A stretch of 64,000 nucleotides of DNA from positions 612,615 to 676,614 of the forward strand of contig CAWAHW010000001.1 in NCBI GenBank assembly GCA_963781885.1, given 5' to 3'. Source of the stretch: an uncultured Spirochaetota bacterium. GTDB taxonomy: Bacteria > Spirochaetota > Spirochaetia > SZUA-6 > Fen-1364. The position numbers and the translations under genes are program-made. This document shows, one piece after another, positions 12,010 through 22,195 of this stretch. The notes beneath the pieces are model-generated. The model saw nothing but the letters and a program-made list of their open reading frames with translations. It was not told the DNA's origin and did not search any database. How positions within the stretch are numbered: the first letter of the stretch is position 1; each line of letters begins with the position of its first letter.

Positions 12010-12492
12010 ATGAGACGCACACTGGTGCTATTGTTTTTCGCCGCGACCGCGGCTGTATTCGGACAGAGCATGATGATGAAAACGGCAGCTTCCGGCGGCG
12101 GGACGGGTTCGATGATGTCGTCCAACACCCCGACAGCGGATCCCGCCATGGGCAGCGCGCTGCGCATGGCGACAAGCGCTGCCCACAAGATCGCCTACAC
12201 GAACCTCGCCGCCGCGGAGGCTCTCGCCGCGCAGTCACCCGTCGTGCTTTTCTTCGCCGCGGACTGGTGCCCGTACTGCCAGGCTGACATGAAGGACATC
12301 AACACGAATGGCGGCCGGCTGGGCACGGTCGCGATCGTCGTGGTGGATTACGACAAGGAAAAGGCGCTGGAGTCGCAATACGGCGTTTCCGTCCAGGACA
12401 CGTTCGTCCAGATCGACGCAAAGGGAATGAAGCTCGGCGCGTGGAACGGCGGCGGGGTCGACATGATCATGAAGCGCGTCGTGCGGTCATAG
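12010..12492 (+). CDS. Exported thioredoxin-family protein with a Met-rich N-terminal linker
   Basis: Signal peptide, WCPYC active site, AGGAG RBS before ATG 12010. Confidence 0.85.
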   Translation: MRRTLVLLFFAATAAVFGQSMMMKTAASGGGTGSMMSSNTPTADPAMGSALRMATSAAHKIAYTNLAAAEALAAQSPVVLFFAADWCPYCQADMKDINTNGGRLGTVAIVVVDYDKEKALESQYGVSVQDTFVQIDAKGMKLGAWNGGGVDMIMKRVVRS

Positions 12493-12501
12493 GGAGCGGC
12501 A

Positions 12502-14307
12502 ATGATCGTCCTGCTTGCATTTGCATTCGTCTCGGGGGTCATCACGATCCTTTCCCCCTGCATCCTGCCCGTGCTGCCGATCGTGCTTTCCGGCGGCGTC
12601 GGCGGCGGACGGGCCCGGCCCTTCGGTGTGCTTGCGGGCTTTGTCGTGAGCTTCACCGCCTTCACGCTGTCGCTGTCGGCGATCGTGCAGGCGCTGGGCA
12701 TCCCCGTGGACGCCCTGCGCATCGTCGCGGTCGTCCTGATCCTTCTCTTCGGCGTGGTCATGCTCGTGCCCTGGCTGAGCGGCCGTTTCGAGATGCTCAC
12801 CTCGCGGCTGGCAAGCCGCGGCAACAAGGCCGGGGCCGCCACGGCGGGAAAGACCGGTTGGGCCGGCTTCGGCGGCGGCGTGGTGGTCGGTCTGAGCCTC
12901 GGCCTGATCTGGACGCCGTGCGTCGGGCCGATCATGGCGTCGGTCATCAGCCTCGCCCTCACGCAGCACGTGGACGGCGGCTCGGTGTTCATCACCCTCG
13001 CCTACACCATCGGCACCTCGATCCCCATGCTCGGGGTCATGCTCGGCGGCCGCGCGCTCCTGGACAAGGTGCCGGGGCTCAAGAGGCACGCATCGGGCAT
13101 CCAGAAGGGCTTCGGCGTGCTCATGATCGGCATGGCCGTCGTCATCGGTCTTGGATGGGACCGGCAGTTCCAGTCGGCGGTGCTGCGCGCATTCCCCCAG
13201 TACGGCACCGGGCTCACGGCAATCGAAAAGGCGGCGCCGGTGCAGTCGGCGCTGAAGACGCGTCAGCCGACGGCGCGGGCGTCGTCGGGCCAGACCGCCG
13301 CCGGCGTCTTCTCCGCGCCCGAGACGGCACCCGACAACGGGATGCTGGGCAACTACGGCGCGGCACCGGATTTCGTGACGAATGGCACCTGGTTCAATAC
13401 GGAGGGGCTCTCCCCGACGGAAGGCCAGATGGCGCAGGGCGGCTCCATGCCCCTGACCCTCGAGTCGCTGCGCGGCAAGGTCGTGCTGGTGGACTTCTGG
13501 ACCTACAGCTGCGTGAACTGCGTGCGGACGCTGCCGTACCTGAAGGCGTGGTACGACGCCTACCGCGACAAGGGGCTCGTGATCGTCGGCGTCCACACGC
13601 CCGAGTTCGAATTCGAAAAGAGCACGGCGAACGTCGGCCGGGCCATCCACGATCTGGGCGTGAGCTGGCCCGTCGTGCAGGACAACGACTACAAGCAGTG
13701 GATGGCATTCGCCAACCAGTACTGGCCCGCCCACTACTTCATCGACGCGAAGGGCCAGGTGCGGTATTTCCACTTCGGCGAGGGCGAGTACGACGTCTCG
13801 GAAAAGGTCATCCAGGAGCTGCTGAAGGAAGCCGGCGCCAACGTGGGCGGCATCGTGTCGAAGCCCGCGCCCGTTCTGCAGACGATGACACCCGAAACCT
13901 ACCTCGGCTACGACCGCGCCCGGGGCTTCGCCTCCGCCGTGAACCCCGTTGCGGACGCGGTGGTCGATTACAAGCCGGCGCGCGTGCCCGGCAACGGCGA
14001 ATGGAACCTTGCCGGGAAGTGGACCATCACGCCGCAGTATGTGCGCCCCGACGCGTCCGGCACGCTGGAGCTGGGCTTCGATGCCCGCAACGTGTACCTC
14101 GTGATCGAGCCCGAAGCTCCCGGGGGAAGCATCTCCGTCTTTGTCGACGACAAGCCGAACGCGGACACCCCGGACGTGAAAACGGGAACGCTCGCTCCCC
14201 GGGAGAGCAGGATGTACCAGCTCGTGGGGCTCGAAGCCGCCGGGAGCCACGTCCTGCGCCTGGAGGTCAAGGGCAAGCTTCGTCTCTTTGCCTTTACATT
14301 CGGATGA
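12502..14307 (+). CDS. dipZ: DipZ-like protein (CcdA/DsbD membrane domain + thioredoxin-like domain + C-terminal domain)
   Basis: SPCILP and WTPCVGP in the membrane domain; [21 protein letters not shown] and TPETYLG. Confidence 0.88.
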   Translation: MIVLLAFAFVSGVITILSPCILPVLPIVLSGGVGGGRARPFGVLAGFVVSFTAFTLSLSAIVQALGIPVDALRIVAVVLILLFGVVMLVPWLSGRFEMLTSRLASRGNKAGAATAGKTGWAGFGGGVVVGLSLGLIWTPCVGPIMASVISLALTQHVDGGSVFITLAYTIGTSIPMLGVMLGGRALLDKVPGLKRHASGIQKGFGVLMIGMAVVIGLGWDRQFQSAVLRAFPQYGTGLTAIEKAAPVQSALKTRQPTARASSGQTAAGVFSAPETAPDNGMLGNYGAAPDFVTNGTWFNTEGLSPTEGQMAQGGSMPLTLESLRGKVVLVDFWTYSCVNCVRTLPYLKAWYDAYRDKGLVIVGVHTPEFEFEKSTANVGRAIHDLGVSWPVVQDNDYKQWMAFANQYWPAHYFIDAKGQVRYFHFGEGEYDVSEKVIQELLKEAGANVGGIVSKPAPVLQTMTPETYLGYDRARGFASAVNPVADAVVDYKPARVPGNGEWNLAGKWTITPQYVRPDASGTLELGFDARNVYLVIEPEAPGGSISVFVDDKPNADTPDVKTGTLAPRESRMYQLVGLEAAGSHVLRLEVKGKLRLFAFTFG

Positions 14308-14332
14308 GGAATTCTTTTCAGGAGGTTATGCG

Positions 14333-15409
14333 ATGAGGAAAATCATCGTTTTGATTCTTGCATGCGCGGCGGTATCGTTCGCAGGGGCGGCGCCCCTGGT
14401 CCCTGCCGGCACGCCGCAGACGGCGTTGTTTGCGGGTGGCTGTTTCTGGAGCATGCAGGCGGCGTTTGAAAAGGTCTATGGCGTGATCACCGCGGTCTCC
14501 GGCTACACGGGCGGCAGGAACAAGAAGCCGACCTACAGCAACTACGCGGAGAACGGCCACCTGGAGGCGGTGCTCGTGACGTGGGACCCCGCGCGCGTGA
14601 GCTACAATGACCTGCTCGATGCCTACTGGCATCATACGGACCCCACCGATGCCGGCGGGCAGTTCGTGGACCGCGGGCCCCAGTACCGGCCCATCGTCTA
14701 TTACATGAACGACCAGCAGAAGGCCCAGGCAGAGGCGTCGAGGACCGCGCTTGCGAAGTCGGGGAAGCTTCCCCGTCCCGTGGTCACCGACATCCAGAAG
14801 GCGGGAGACTTCTACGCGGCGGAAACCTATCACCAGGATTACCCGAAGAAGAACCCCGACAACTACGCGTTCTACTATGATAACTCCGGCCGTCCTCAGT
14901 TCTTTGCAAAGACATGGGGTGACGCCGCGAATACGGACCCGGCGGCGCCACCGGCGCAGGGCGCCTCCTGGACGAAACCTGCCACCGACCAGCTCAAAAA
15001 GATGCTCAGTCCCATGCAGTTCGATGTCACCCAGCATGAGGGCACGGAGCCCGCGTTCGACAACGAGTACTGGAACAACGAGCAGGATGGCATCTACGTG
15101 GACATCGTCTCTGGTGAGCCGCTGTTCAGCTCCACGGACAAGTTCGATTCGGGCACCGGCTGGCCGAGCTTCACGCGCCCGCTCGTGCCCAGCAATGTCG
15201 TGCTGCACGAGGACAGGAGCTTCGGCATGACGCGCACGGAGGTGAAGAGCAGGTACGCCGGCTCCCACCTCGGGCACCTCTTCGACGACGGGCCCGCGCC
15301 CACGGGGCTGCGCTATTGCATGGATTCCGCGTCCCTGCGCTTCATCCCCGTGGCGGATATGCAGAAGGACGGCTACGGCCAGTATCTGAAGCTTTTCGCG
15401 AAGGAGTAA
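14333..15409 (+). CDS. msrAB: Exported bifunctional peptide methionine sulfoxide reductase MsrA/MsrB
   Basis: MsrA motifs GGCFW and YHQDY; MsrB motifs GWPSF, HLGH and RYC; signal peptide; GGAGG RBS. Confidence 0.93.
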   Translation: MRKIIVLILACAAVSFAGAAPLVPAGTPQTALFAGGCFWSMQAAFEKVYGVITAVSGYTGGRNKKPTYSNYAENGHLEAVLVTWDPARVSYNDLLDAYWHHTDPTDAGGQFVDRGPQYRPIVYYMNDQQKAQAEASRTALAKSGKLPRPVVTDIQKAGDFYAAETYHQDYPKKNPDNYAFYYDNSGRPQFFAKTWGDAANTDPAAPPAQGASWTKPATDQLKKMLSPMQFDVTQHEGTEPAFDNEYWNNEQDGIYVDIVSGEPLFSSTDKFDSGTGWPSFTRPLVPSNVVLHEDRSFGMTRTEVKSRYAGSHLGHLFDDGPAPTGLRYCMDSASLRFIPVADMQKDGYGQYLKLFAKE

Positions 15410-15417
15410 GTCCGACA

Positions 15418-15448
15418 CGCGTCGCACGCCCGTGCGACGCGCTTTTTT
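15418..15448 (+). terminator. Intrinsic terminator
   Basis: CGCGTCGCACG-cc-CGTGCGACGCG followed by CTTTTTT, between convergent genes. Confidence 0.8.
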
Positions 15449-15450
15449 CC

Positions 15451-16480
15451 TCAATACGTCAGCAGGACCTTGATCGCCTCCGCCATTTTCGTGTCAAGGA
15501 GCGCGTACGCGGCGGGCGCATCCGCGTAGGGGAACCGGTGGGTGACCATCGGCGCCGTGTGGAGCCTTCCTGTCTCCAGAAGGTGGATCGCGGTCCGCTC
15601 GATCCTTGGAAGATCCCAGAGCGGGGCGGAGCGATGGGAGCAGCCCCATACCGCCATGCTCGATCGCATTGTGACGCGGTTGTGGTGCCATTCGGCGCCA
15701 AGAGCGAGCGGCCCGTCGTCCTTGTAGTAGCTCGCGGCCACGACAAGGCCTTCCCTCTGGACGCATCTGATCGCCTGCTGAAGCCCGGAGACCGAACCGG
15801 ATATTTCGATTGCGACGTCGGCGCCTTTTTTCCCGGTCATGTCCTTGATGGCCAGGGCGGCGTCCCCGCTGGAAGGGGTCGATGGTGCGGTCGGCGCCGA
15901 ATCTTTTCGCCATGTCGCGCCGCTTGGGCAGCGCGTCCACCGCCACGACCGTCTCCGCGCCGCTCATCCGCGCGATCTGCACCGCGAGGAGACCGATGAC
16001 GCCCATTCCGAAGATCGCCACATGATCCCCCACCTTGATCGCCGCGTCGTGCACGGACTGAAGCGCGAAAATGGCGGGATCCACGAAGACTTCCGTCTCG
16101 GGATCCATGCCGTCGGGAACGAGGTACAGCCCCGTCTCCGCGACGACGTTCGTGGGACGGTGGTGCATGCCGCCGTGCACCCGCTGTCCCGCGTGGAATC
16201 GGGTGACGGCGCTTCCCGTCTCCACCACCTCGCCGGCGAGCCAGGAGCCGAGCCTGCAGGGATACAGGGCATCGCCGTCGGCCGGAAGAAACAGGCGGTA
16301 GATCGGATCGAAACGGGCGGCGCGGAATGGCGTCGTCCCGCGATAGAGGGACATCTCGGTGCCGGTCTTGATCCCGCTCACGACGCTGCGGATGCGCACC
16401 TCGTGCGGCTTCAAGGCAGGCTCATCGTAGTCCTTGAAAGCGATCGTGCGGGGAGCCGTGACGATGAATTCCCTGGGCAT
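15451..16480 (-). CDS. MDR-family (BchC-like) dehydrogenase, frameshifted near 15873
   Basis: ORF 15494..16480 has the GroES-like N-terminus and the GMGVIG Rossmann motif. The C-terminus continues in ORF 15451..15840 (ADVAIEISG...ITHRF-like...IKVLLTY). One extra base joins the two. Confidence 0.8.
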
Positions 16481-16502
16481 GCTGTTCCTTTCCTTTCGAC
16501 GA

Positions 16503-17348
16503 TCAACCCTTCACGGCCCCGGCCGTGAGCCCGCGTATGAACTGGCGCTGGAGAACGACGTAGACGACGATGATGGGAAAGGTCGCAATGGTGACCCCTC
16601 CGGCGATCAGCCCATAGTCCTGCGTATAGCGTCCCTGGAAGAACAGGAGCCCCAGCGCCAGGGGTCGCAGGTCCTCCCGCTGGAGATAGAGCAATGGCAT
16701 CAGGAACGCGTTCCATGTCCACATGAATTGGAAGACCGTCAGGGCGGAGACGGCAGGTCCCGTCAGGGGAAGCATCACCTTCAGGAACAGCGAGAGCTCG
16801 TTGCAGCCGTCCACACGCGCCGCGTCGGCAAGCTCCCCCGGAAGCCCCCGAAAGAAAGCCTGCATGAGGAAGATGCCGAAGGGCAGACCCAGGGCGGTGG
16901 CAGGAAGGATCATGGCCCAGTAGGTGCCCAGGATACGGAAGTCGCGGAGCATGTAGTAGAGCGGGATCATGATCGACTGGAACGGCACCATCAGCCCGAG
17001 CAGAAAAAGGTACAGCAGGGGTGTCCTTCCCCTGAAGCGCAGGCGACCCAGGGCGTTGCCCGCCAGACACGAGAGTGCGACGACACCGGCAACCGTGGGC
17101 AGCGTGACGATGAGCGTGTTGAGGAAGTAGCTGCGGAAACGACCCACGGTCCAGGCCCTGACAAGGTTGGCCAGTTTGATGCTCGTCGGCAGGGCAAAGG
17201 GATTGCGGAAGATCTCCGACGAATCCTTCAGCGCCGACGACCACATCCAGACGAAAGGCACGAGCGTGATGAGGAGAAAGAGGGAGAGCACGGCGTAGGT
17301 GCCCAGCCGACTCGGCACCTTCCTCCAGGGGAACCGTTTCCCGCTCAT
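16503..17348 (-). CDS. Carbohydrate ABC transporter permease (MalG-like)
   Basis: EAA-like loop ELADAARVDG, WNAFLMPL and QRQFIRGLTAGAVKG; ATG 17348 overlaps the upstream stop. Confidence 0.92.
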   Translation of the reverse strand: MSGKRFPWRKVPSRLGTYAVLSLFLLITLVPFVWMWSSALKDSSEIFRNPFALPTSIKLANLVRAWTVGRFRSYFLNTLIVTLPTVAGVVALSCLAGNALGRLRFRGRTPLLYLFLLGLMVPFQSIMIPLYYMLRDFRILGTYWAMILPATALGLPFGIFLMQAFFRGLPGELADAARVDGCNELSLFLKVMLPLTGPAVSALTVFQFMWTWNAFLMPLLYLQREDLRPLALGLLFFQGRYTQDYGLIAGGVTIATFPIIVVYVVLQRQFIRGLTAGAVKG

Positions 17349-18250
17349 GCCGCGCTCCTCTCCCGCTGCCGCATGAAGATGATGGAGGCGACAAGGGAAA
17401 GAACGGTCATCACCACGGTGAGCGAGGCGCCATAGCCGACCTGATTTTCCACGAATGATTTCTTGTAGGAGTACGTGGCGATCAGCTCCGTGAGATTTGC
17501 AGGCCCTCCCTGGGTCATCACGAAGACGATGTCGAATACATTGAAGCCGCCGATCAGCGTGTACACGATGACCATGGTGAGGACGCTCTGGAGCTGGGGG
17601 AGCGTGACGTCGACGAACTGCCGCCATGCGCCGGCCCCGTCGAGCTTCGCGGCGTCATAGAGCTCGAGATCGGCGTTCTGGAGGCCCGCCAGCAGGATGA
17701 CGAAGCAGAAGCCGAAGTAGCTCCATACCGCGGCGGCCAGGACGGCGTACAAGGCCCAGACCGGATCTCCCAGCCAGCCGCGGGTGAGAGAGGAGAGACC
17801 GACCGCGGTGAGCGCCTTGTTGAGGATTCCGAAGATCGGGCTGTAGATCCAGCCCCAGATGATCCCGATGACCACGGGGGAAAGCACGTTCGGCATGAAG
17901 TAGGCCGTGCGGAAAAGCGTCCGCCCCCGTGTCGAGCCGGTCCAGAGCAGAACCGAGAGGAACAGGCCGATCGCCACGGGCGCGATCGTGCCGATCACGA
18001 CCCAGATCAGATTGTGCGACAGCGATTTCCACATCAGGGGATCGCCCACCAACCGCGCATAATTGGCGCCGCCGATGAAGCGCCGGACCTGCTGCACGCC
18101 GTTCCAATCGGTGAAGCTGAGAAGAATGGAGCTCACGAAGGGGTAGAGGAAAAAGACCGCGTACAGCGCGAGAGCGGGCAGCACGAACAGGTATCCCGCC
18201 GCGTTTCTGGTGATTACTCTCTCTACGGTGAGCCGGGAGAAACGCCGCAT
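17345..18250 (-). CDS. Carbohydrate ABC transporter permease (MalF-like)
   Basis: LAGLQ..D.ELYDAAKLDGA and MTQGGP. Confidence 0.92.
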   Translation of the reverse strand: MRRFSRLTVERVITRNAAGYLFVLPALALYAVFFLYPFVSSILLSFTDWNGVQQVRRFIGGANYARLVGDPLMWKSLSHNLIWVVIGTIAPVAIGLFLSVLLWTGSTRGRTLFRTAYFMPNVLSPVVIGIIWGWIYSPIFGILNKALTAVGLSSLTRGWLGDPVWALYAVLAAAVWSYFGFCFVILLAGLQNADLELYDAAKLDGAGAWRQFVDVTLPQLQSVLTMVIVYTLIGGFNVFDIVFVMTQGGPANLTELIATYSYKKSFVENQVGYGASLTVVMTVLSLVASIIFMRQRERSAA

Positions 18251-18269
18251 GGGACGGAAGGCCTCCTTC

Positions 18270-18302
18270 AAAAGGCGGGAGGAGATTCTCTCCCCTCCCG
18301 CC
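18270..18302 (-). terminator. Terminator/stabiliser hairpin after the binding-protein gene
   Basis: On the minus strand GGCGGGAGG...CCTCCCGCC followed by TTTT. Confidence 0.65.
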
Positions 18303-18336
18303 CACGAAATCCACGACGAGCGCGCCGATGCGGCTG

Positions 18337-19584
18337 CTAGTTGCCCGCCTTGAATGCCTTGTCCATGTCCGCGATCTGCTGCTCGGGCGTCTTCAGTCCC
18401 AGAAGGACGGCCTGGAAGCCGTCGCCCATGACGGAGTTGAATCCGGCCGGGGTGAGGACGTCGACGTTGTATCCCATGTCCGTCTTCTTGATCGCCTCGG
18501 CGGCGAACTTGAAAAGGGGCGGAAGCGCAAGTGTGGACGTGTCCACCGGCACGGGCGGGATCAGCAGCATGTCGTGCATCCAGACCTTCGCCGAATCCGG
18601 GGAGAACAGGAAGTCCAGGTAATCCTTCGCCTCCTTGGCATGCGCCGTCTTCGCGGAGACGAAGTACCCCGAGCCCAGGCCCGCGGGCGGATACACGGCC
18701 TTCCCGTCGATGGAGGGGAAGAAGAAGCCGCCGACCTCGAAGTCCTTCACGTTGTCATTCATGCCGCTGATGAGCCAGGTGCCGGTCATATGCATCGCGG
18801 CCTTGCCGGTATAGAACACGGAGTTGCCGTCGTCGTAGGAGATCGCCGTGGTGTCCTTCAGGAGATAGCCGGCCTTGTTCATGTCGACGAAGAACAGCTT
18901 GACGGCCTTCACGTAATCGGGATCGGTCCAGGAGCCTTTCCCCGAGATCGTATCGAACAGCTTTTTCTTTCCGGCGATGTTGTTTGCCATGATGCTGAAC
19001 TGGTGATACGCCGGCCACTTGTCCTTGTCCGCGAATGAAACGGGGGTGATGCCGGCCTTCTTGGCCTTGTCACAGATGGAAAGGAACTCGGCGTAGGTCT
19101 TCGGTTCCCCCACATTCAGCTGCTTGAAGATGGCCTTGTTGTAGTACACCCATACGAACTCCAGCTCGTTGCCGATGCCGTACGATTTGCCGTCAAAGGT
19201 GGTGCGATCCCGGGTCCACTGATAGATGCGCTTGTCCCAGCCATAGGACTTGTACGCGTCGTCCAGCGGAAGCAGGAGTCCCGCCTTTGCCAGAACGCCC
19301 GCGAAGCCGGGGCCGCAGTCGTAGTACATGACGTCGGGTCCCGTGCCGGAGGCGAGGGCGGTCTGCAGCACGGGCCGCATGGTGTCGATGGACTGCGCTT
19401 CGCGCTGGATGGTGACGCCGGGGTATTTCGCCTGGAACCCCGCCACAAGGGTGTCCATGCCCTGGCTCTGGGCGGGCTCCGTGAAGCTGTCCCAGACGCG
19501 GAGCGTCACCGGCGCCGCCCATGCCCCCGAGGCCACGACGGCCATGATGGCGAGGGCCACAAACAGGGAAACACGTCTTTTCAT
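18337..19584 (-). CDS. Carbohydrate ABC transporter substrate-binding protein (CUT1)
   Basis: Signal peptide ending AWA, GTGPDV, YYNKAIF and FYTGKAAM..GTW. Confidence 0.92.
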   Translation of the reverse strand: MKRRVSLFVALAIMAVVASGAWAAPVTLRVWDSFTEPAQSQGMDTLVAGFQAKYPGVTIQREAQSIDTMRPVLQTALASGTGPDVMYYDCGPGFAGVLAKAGLLLPLDDAYKSYGWDKRIYQWTRDRTTFDGKSYGIGNELEFVWVYYNKAIFKQLNVGEPKTYAEFLSICDKAKKAGITPVSFADKDKWPAYHQFSIMANNIAGKKKLFDTISGKGSWTDPDYVKAVKLFFVDMNKAGYLLKDTTAISYDDGNSVFYTGKAAMHMTGTWLISGMNDNVKDFEVGGFFFPSIDGKAVYPPAGLGSGYFVSAKTAHAKEAKDYLDFLFSPDSAKVWMHDMLLIPPVPVDTSTLALPPLFKFAAEAIKKTDMGYNVDVLTPAGFNSVMGDGFQAVLLGLKTPEQQIADMDKAFKAGN

Positions 19585-20678
19585 GCTCTTCTCCTTTCTG
19601 GTTTCTCGATCTCTGTGGAGACTTTTCTTGTTGATTGCGAGGGGATGAGGACCGGCGCGCCGTTGCGCCCTGAAGAGGCGACTACTGCTGCCACCATTTG
19701 CAGCCCCCAGAATCCCTCGTCGAGCGTGGCGCCGCCCGGTCGGCCCGTGAGGACGGACGACACGAACGCCCTGTCCTCCTCTGCAAAGGGATCCACGTCG
19801 TCATTCACCTCGAACTGCCGCCTTTTCCTTCCCGCCGTGACGATGAAGGTGGCGTCATTGGCGTTGCGAAAATGCGCGGTGAGCTTCTCACAGACAACCG
19901 TAAAGGAAGCGTTCCATTCCCGCGGCACGGCGCAGTTGGTGCCCGCGATTGTCGCAAGCGCTCCGGATGCGAAACGGATCGTGGCCGCGCTCGTGTCCTC
20001 CACGCTGTACCCCGCGACCTTCCGGTGGCAGAGATTCGTCGTGAAGCCCGCGACGACGCGAGGTCGGCCCAGGAAGTGCAACGCCAGGTCGTAGAGATGG
20101 ATCACCTGCTCGAACACCTGGCCGCCCGACTTGCGCCGGTCGCGCCACCAGGGTCCGTGCAGCGCGTTCGCCTCGTAGCGACCGTCGAACAGCGTGGGAA
20201 CGCCCGCCGTCCCATCGTCGATCATGGTCTCAGCGCGCGCACCGCGCCGCCGAAGCGCATGTGGTAGCCCACCTGCGTCACGATCCCCGCCCGACGGGCA
20301 GCGGCGCACATCGACCGGGCCTTCTGGAGCGTCAGCGCGATGGGCTTCTCGATGAAGACGTGAACGCCGCGGCGCGCCGCCATCTCCAGTTTGTCCGTCA
20401 TGAGCGAAAGGCGGAAGACAGATGTAGAGAGCGTCCAGTCGGGCTTCCGCAAGCATGTCGTCGAGATGGGCGAACGCCCGCGCCTCGTCGATGCTTTCAG
20501 CCAGGGCCTGCGCCGTTGCGAAGGGATGGGAGCAGACGGCGACGATGCGCGCATGCGGAATGCCCGCCAGCGCCCGCGCGTGCACCGCGCCCATGTGCCC
20601 CGCGCCCAGGATGCCGATCCGCAGGGCGTCCTGTCTTTTCACTCTCCCTGCTTTCTGCATGTCTTCATTGATCGCCAT
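19581..20678 (-). CDS. Gfo/Idh/MocA oxidoreductase with two compensating frameshifts (~20390 and ~20228)
   Basis: GAGHMG at the N-terminus and SGGQVFEQVIH later. The EKPIA motif lies in the alternative frame (ORF 20222..20554). Confidence 0.82.
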   Translation of the reverse strand: MAINEDMQKAGRVKRQDALRIGILGAGHMGAVHARALAGIPHARIVAVCSHPFATAQALAESIDEARAFAHLDDMLAEARLDALYICLPPFAHDGQTGDGGAPRRSRLHREAHRADAPEGPVDVRRCPSGGDRDAGGLPHALRRRGARAETMIDDGTAGVPTLFDGRYEANALHGPWWRDRRKSGGQVFEQVIHLYDLALHFLGRPRVVAGFTTNLCHRKVAGYSVEDTSAATIRFASGALATIAGTNCAVPREWNASFTVVCEKLTAHFRNANDATFIVTAGRKRRQFEVNDDVDPFAEEDRAFVSSVLTGRPGGATLDEGFWGLQMVAAVVASSGRNGAPVLIPSQSTRKVSTEIEKPERRRA

Positions 20679-20734
20679 TCGTCATCGAAACCAAATAGAC
20701 AGGGTTTGGGGAAATTTGTACTATCTTATGATCG

Positions 20735-21571
20735 ATGCGGACGATCATTTTCCGTCCCCACCTGCCGCTCACCCGCGGCACGATCAGGATCCGCGTGAAC
20801 AAGATGGGCATCCGCGAAGACATGCCTGCCAAGATCATCCATCGGCCGAACGGCAACGACGACTACCTGTTCATGCTTTTTCATACACCGGCGCTCATCC
20901 AGGTGGCCGGCAAGATCCACGAGTACCCGGGCAACTCCCTGATGATCTGGGAGCCCGGCCAAATCCATTATTACGGACACACCGAAACGACGTGGAACCA
21001 TTCCTGGTTCCACTGCGAAGGAATCGTGGTGCGCGACGGAATGCGGGCAAGCGCGCTGCCGCTGAACGATCCCTTCACGCTCCCCGACCCGACCACTTTC
21101 GACAAGTACCTCCTGGCGTTCCATTCGGAGATCACGAGCCATCTCCTGCCCGACACGGGGATCCAGGAGGCACTATTCTCCATCTGGATACGGGAGATGG
21201 AGCGCCAGCTTGAAGTCTCAGCGACTCCCTCGATGCCTTACCGGTTCATCGACGTGAAGCGCTACATCGAGTCCCATTTCAATGAGCGGATCCGCCTGCG
21301 GGATCTGGCGGAGATCGCCTGCATGTCCATCCCCTATTTCTGCGACGGCTTCAAGAAATACTTCGGTTTTTCGGCGATCGAATACCTCGTCCTCCTCCGC
21401 ATGCAGCATGCCTCCTTCCTCCTGCGTGACGTGAACATGAACGTCACCGAGGTCGCGGAAGCCGTGGGGTATGACGACATCTTCTATTTTTCGCGGCTGT
21501 TCAAGAAACACCACGGGGTGAGTCCCCGTCATTACCGCCGAAGGTTGAGCGGGGAGGACGATACCCCCTAA
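20735..21571 (+). CDS. AraC-family transcriptional regulator
   Basis: N-terminal cupin-like domain and C-terminal VGYDDIFYFSRLFKK..GVSP; divergent from the sugar operon. Confidence 0.93.
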   Translation: MRTIIFRPHLPLTRGTIRIRVNKMGIREDMPAKIIHRPNGNDDYLFMLFHTPALIQVAGKIHEYPGNSLMIWEPGQIHYYGHTETTWNHSWFHCEGIVVRDGMRASALPLNDPFTLPDPTTFDKYLLAFHSEITSHLLPDTGIQEALFSIWIREMERQLEVSATPSMPYRFIDVKRYIESHFNERIRLRDLAEIACMSIPYFCDGFKKYFGFSAIEYLVLLRMQHASFLLRDVNMNVTEVAEAVGYDDIFYFSRLFKKHHGVSPRHYRRRLSGEDDTP

Positions 21572-21619
21572 GAGTGACCGCTGCGCGCCGCCGTCGACGA
21601 AACGGCAGCCAACGGCGCG

Positions 21620-22138
21620 CTACGCGCCCGCCTTCTTCCGGAATACCCCGGGGCTCAGCAGCAAGAGGACGCATCCCAGCACGATGGAAAGGTCGGCGAA
21701 GTTGAGTATCCCGGTGCGAAAGCGACCGATCCCGAAATTCATGAAGTCGCTTACGCGTCCGTCACGGAAGAGCCTGTCGATCAGGTTGCCAAGCCCCCCG
21801 CCCACGATAAAGGCAAAAGCGGCAAGCGTGATCCATGAGTGGTTTTTCGCCCGCAGGATGTAGGCAGTCATAAGCGCGAGGGCAATCAGCGGAAAGGCGA
21901 TGAACGCGAGCGACCGCAGGGGGCGCGGCAGGCCAACCCCGAGGCTCAGGAACGCGCCCTGGTTTTCCACGTACACCAGGACGAAGAAGGAATCCACGAC
22001 GAATACGGTGCCCTTGTCGGCAAGGTGCGCGCGCGCGAGGGTCTTTGTCGTCTGGTCGCAGCCGACGTTCGCCAGCACGAGCAGGACGATGATCAGGGGG
22101 CGGAGCCATTTCAGCTTCCTGCCAATCGCCTCTTTCAT
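21620..22138 (-). CDS. lspA: Lipoprotein signal peptidase II
   Basis: DQTTK, N.GAF, GG.GNLIDR, V.DF and N.AD. Confidence 0.93.
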   Translation of the reverse strand: MKEAIGRKLKWLRPLIIVLLVLANVGCDQTTKTLARAHLADKGTVFVVDSFFVLVYVENQGAFLSLGVGLPRPLRSLAFIAFPLIALALMTAYILRAKNHSWITLAAFAFIVGGGLGNLIDRLFRDGRVSDFMNFGIGRFRTGILNFADLSIVLGCVLLLLSPGVFRKKAGA

Positions 22139-22195
22139 GTCGACCTCCCTTCGCCGGCTTTGCGATGCGGATCGAGCGTGCTCATCGCGCCCGGC

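Noticed and set aside
14333-15409. Selenocysteine recoding in MsrAB
   Set aside because: The catalytic codons are TGT and TGC, and there is no in-frame TGA.
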